DNA from: Chiloscyllium plagiosum
Taxonomy: Eukaryota
Direction of reading: 5' to 3'
Assembly: GCF_004010195.1 (NCBI RefSeq)
Contig: NC_057718.1
Span: 75,798,275 to 75,823,943 of the forward strand
DNA length: 25,669 nt
How positions within the stretch are numbered: the stretch's first letter is position 1; the number at the start of each line of letters is the position of its first letter. Positions 22,350-25,669 of the stretch are shown in pieces. The notes beneath the pieces are model-generated. The model was not told the origin of the DNA. It saw only the letters and a list, made by a program, of their open reading frames with translations, and ran no database searches. The translations under genes were made by a program, and so were the position numbers.

Positions 22350-23325
22350 TAACTCACAAATGTCTGTCCATTGCCTACATAGCATTGATCAAGAGTGTTA
22401 TGGAATACACCCTAATCCCCTGAATGAATGAAGTTCCAACAATATTCAAGAAGCTTAACACCATTAGGACAAAGTGACATACTTGAAAGACACACTATCC
22501 AACACCAGTGTTCAGTGGCAGCAGTGTGTCTACCAACTACACGGTAAAACTCACCAAGCCATCAACAGCGAATTCCAAATCAGCAACCTTTACCACCTCA
22601 AAAGACAAGGGCCGCAGATACATAAGAACCGCTACATGCATATTTCCTGCTAAGCCATAAGATCACAAGAATTAGTAACAGGAGTAAGCAATCTGTCCCA
22701 TCAAACCTGCTCCACCATTCAATAGCTTCATGACTGATCCAACATTCTTTACATCAATTTTCCTGTGTTCGTCCCATAACCCTTGATTCCCTTATTGATC
22801 AAGAATCTTACTATCTCGGCCTTAAATATACACAAGGACTCTATCCCTGCAGAGTGTGGGAAGGTGTTCCAAAGACTCAAACCCACTGAAAGAAGGAATG
22901 CTGCCTTATTTGAATCTTAATTTGGCACCCCTTCATTCTGAGATTAAGCCCTCTAATCCTAGACTTTCCCATGAGGAGAACCATCCTCTCAGCATTTAAC
23001 CTGTCAAGCCTTCTAAGAATCCTATATGTTTTACTTCCTATATGTTCACCTCTCATTTTTCTAAAGTTCAATATTATTTTAGCATTTGCTCGTAAGATAA
23101 TCCCTCCATATAAGGATCATCAAAGCACACACCACTCTGATTTGGGGTTTCTTTACTGGCACTGAGTCCAAATCATCAAACTCCCTCTTAAATAGCATTG
23201 TGTCTGTCTCTACGTGCCAAGGTCTGCAGCAGTTCAAATAGGCAGCTCACTATGAACTTCAGAAAGGCAAATTGGAATGGACAATCAGTGCTGGCCTAGC
23301 CAGTGACGTCCACATCTTCTTATAA
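22350..23325 (+). mobile_element. CR1/L2-group LINE 3' end, split by an inverted CR1
   Basis: KSVMEYT..VPTIFKKLNTIRTK remnant. Resumes at ~23125 and ends TGCTGGCCTAGCCAGTGACGTCCACATC. Confidence 0.75.
22657..23125 (-). mobile_element. CR1 LINE 3' end nested in another LINE
   Basis: TYRILRRLDRLNAERM..MGKSRIRG..LRMKG..F.QWV and a typical CR1 tail. Confidence 0.88.
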
Positions 23326-23329
23326 ATTT

Positions 23330-24275
23330 AATTAAGGACATGAACAGATTAAGTATTTGGGTAAAATAATGATAAATTAAACTGAATGTTGAGAATTGCT
23401 AATTTTGGGAATAAGAAAGACAAGCTAAGTATTATGTAAATATTGAGGAACTAGGAACCACAGAGAAACAAAGATATGGGAGCTCAGAACATAAATTATT
23501 TAAAGTTAATAAATGGGTAGACATGGAATTAATGGGCGAGTAGAATGTTGACTATTATCTTATAAAGGCTGGAATTTGATGGGCAAGATGGTATCTATTA
23601 GTTTGATTATATTGGTCATCTCCCAGCTAGAGTAGGATTAGAATTCCTACAGTGTGGAAACAGGCCCTTTGGCCCAACAAGTCCACACTGACCCTCCAAA
23701 GAGTGCTGTGTTCAGTTTGGAACACCACAATTCAGGAAGAGAATAGTTTCTATTGAAGTCCAAATTCGCCAGAAATAAACCAGGGCAGAGCAGTTTAAAA
23801 TTTGAGGACAGCTTGTATGGATTTTGTTTATATTTCCATGAATAAAAAGAGATATCTGAAATCCCAAGGGTTAAATTGCATATTCTCTGGAATTTTGAGG
23901 GTTGTGTGGTGATTTGGTTAAAATTTCCAAGATATTGAAGAGAGATGATAATGTGATAAAGAGAAATTATTTGTGCTAGTTGAGGGCGTAAAGGGTAATA
24001 GTCATGATTGGCATATTTCTGCCAGACATTTTAGGGGTAAAATTCACACAAAGGGTAGTAGAAGTTTGGAGCTCTCTTCTGTGAATGCAATTCTGTTAAG
24101 TGAATTGCTAATGTTAAATCTAAGATTGATAGTTTTTTTTGTCAACCAAATGTCCTAATGGATATGGGACAAAGTAGGCTATATGATGTTAGGTGACAGA
24201 TCAGCCATGATTGCAAAGAATGGCGGAACAGCCTTGAGAGGCCAAATAACTTACTCCAGTTCCAATGTTTCAATG
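23330..24275 (+). mobile_element. Old CR1 ORF2 C-terminal region and 3' tail
   Basis: CAGCTAGAGT..CTGTGTTCAGTTTGG (LEYCVQF-like), FTQRVVEVWSSL remnant, tail GATCAGCCATGAT..GAATGGCGGAACAG. Confidence 0.75.
23636..23704 (-). mobile_element. HE1-like SINE 3' tail fragment nested in CR1
   Basis: Matches 4136-4190 and the reverse complement of 22203-22270. AGAGT is present at both junctions. Confidence 0.88.
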
Positions 24276-25541
24276 TGTCTATAGTATGAAAAGATGTTTC
24301 AAATGTTTCTTTTTATTAAAAAAGTGCAGCAAACAAGAAACCCCATACCTTGATAAATTCAATACTAAATATTATTGGAAATATTTGTCGACAACATAGA
24401 TTTGTCAGCATCTGTAAAGAGAAAATCTAGCTCCGCAGTTGGAACAAGATCAAAGATGTAAACCCATATTTTACAAATATTGATGTAAATGCATTTCAAT
24501 TTGCTATGGTAATTCAAGAGCTTCTACCGTTAAACAGTAACGGTATGAACAATTCCACACAGTACAGAATCAATTCTATTGCTCTCATCAGTGTTTGTGA
24601 AACAAATGGAGCCCCAAGAGTTGGAGATAGAAAATGCAGCTTATTAACTAAGAAATCTATACTGCCAACAATTAAATGAATCACCGATGCGTAGGCTCTT
24701 GAACATGAAAAATGGAAAGTAAGTATGTAACACAATGAATGCAGACTCTATTCTGATCAACTACCTCATTTATTATTAAGCAAACAGGCTATGATCCTCT
24801 GAATTATTAATGCTAATAACAGAACATTATAGCAAGCAAAGGTACTTCTCATTTTTAAGAGCAGTTTTAAAGGAAAATCAGTAAAGATTCACCTTTGAGA
24901 TCACAATGAACTATTTTTAATAAACGTAATGAAGGATGAAAATGGCCCCTGTATGTATTCAATACTGATATTGAAGTTAGTCTCAATTCCAGCTTACAGA
25001 AGTACTTGGAAAAGGCTGGTTGTTCGAAGTGTTGAAATTGAGAGCGCATTGTGAGACTGACTGATGTTTATTAGATTTAGGCTGCAGTGAGACCCCTTGG
25101 GACAGGAAACTTGTTCAATGTTCACCTCTGATATTGATATTAATGTGATTTTGTTTTGGCTTTATTTGTGGGTACCTGTTTCCTGGACTTCATCAGTGAT
25201 GGCAAAGACAATGTGGGAATAAGTACTGAATCCTTTTAAATATTTTCTCACTTAATTGTGTTGTTTGGAGGATATTTCTACAATATTGGAGAGTGTAAGT
25301 CTTTCTACACTGCGAGGTTTTGATCTATCAGGTTGGTGCGGATGTGATTTATTGCTGCTTTAACTTTGGACATAGCATGCGCTGAAACAATGACAGTGGT
25401 TATATTTCACACTCAACTTTCAACTGAAAGGTTAATTCTACTTCTCTGATCACATATTTGTGTTTTCTGTTTGTTTTTCCAGTTTTCAACGTCCATAGTA
25501 ATAGTCAACATTGGTGGATAAAAATACAGACCAAAATTTGA

Positions 25542-25669
25542 AGAACATAGAACATAGAACATAGAAGAATACAGCGCAGTACAGGCCCTTCGGCCCTCGA
25601 TGTTGCGCCGATCCAAGCCCACCTAACCTACACTAGCCCACTATCCTCCATATGCCTATCCAATGCCCG
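25542..25669 (-). mobile_element. Young CR1 3' end running off the window
   Basis: (AGAACAT)x3 tail and several intact CpGs. Related to the tails at 13270 and 18140-18200. Confidence 0.9.

Noticed and set aside
24365..24470. Possible further Penelope-type terminal fragment (CAGCATCTGTAAAGAGAAAA)
   Set aside because: Similarity is limited to ~20 bp and no hammerhead core is recognisable.
1..25669. CRISPR arrays, rRNA or prokaryote-type operons
   Set aside because: No regularly spaced repeats, rRNA motifs or dense long ORFs; the sequence is vertebrate repeat-rich DNA.

Overview
This is repeat-dominated, AT-rich, CpG-depleted vertebrate DNA. The HE1/V-SINEs and CR1-type LINEs point to an elasmobranch (shark-like) genome; that assignment is inferred from repeat families, not from a gene. 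I found no recognisable host exon, and the short ORFs I could assign are repeat by-products. The window holds five HE1-like SINEs plus a tail fragment, many nested CR1/L2 LINE pieces, and a decayed Gypsy element with the unusual Gmr1-type order (integrase before RT-RNase H). It also holds a solo LTR (20202-21146, 4-bp TSD), a Harbinger-type Myb/SANT relic, a 96-bp Tx1-like fragment and a Tc1/pogo-like MITE. The most interesting signal is a set of short Penelope-type terminal elements carrying minimal hammerhead-ribozyme motifs. One is a 217-bp, ~85-bp-arm palindrome with a 13-bp TSD and an intact CUGAAGA..GAAAC-GUC core, inserted just downstream of the solo LTR's TATA box. Family names come from remembered consensus motifs, not database searches, and boundaries of old repeats are approximate.
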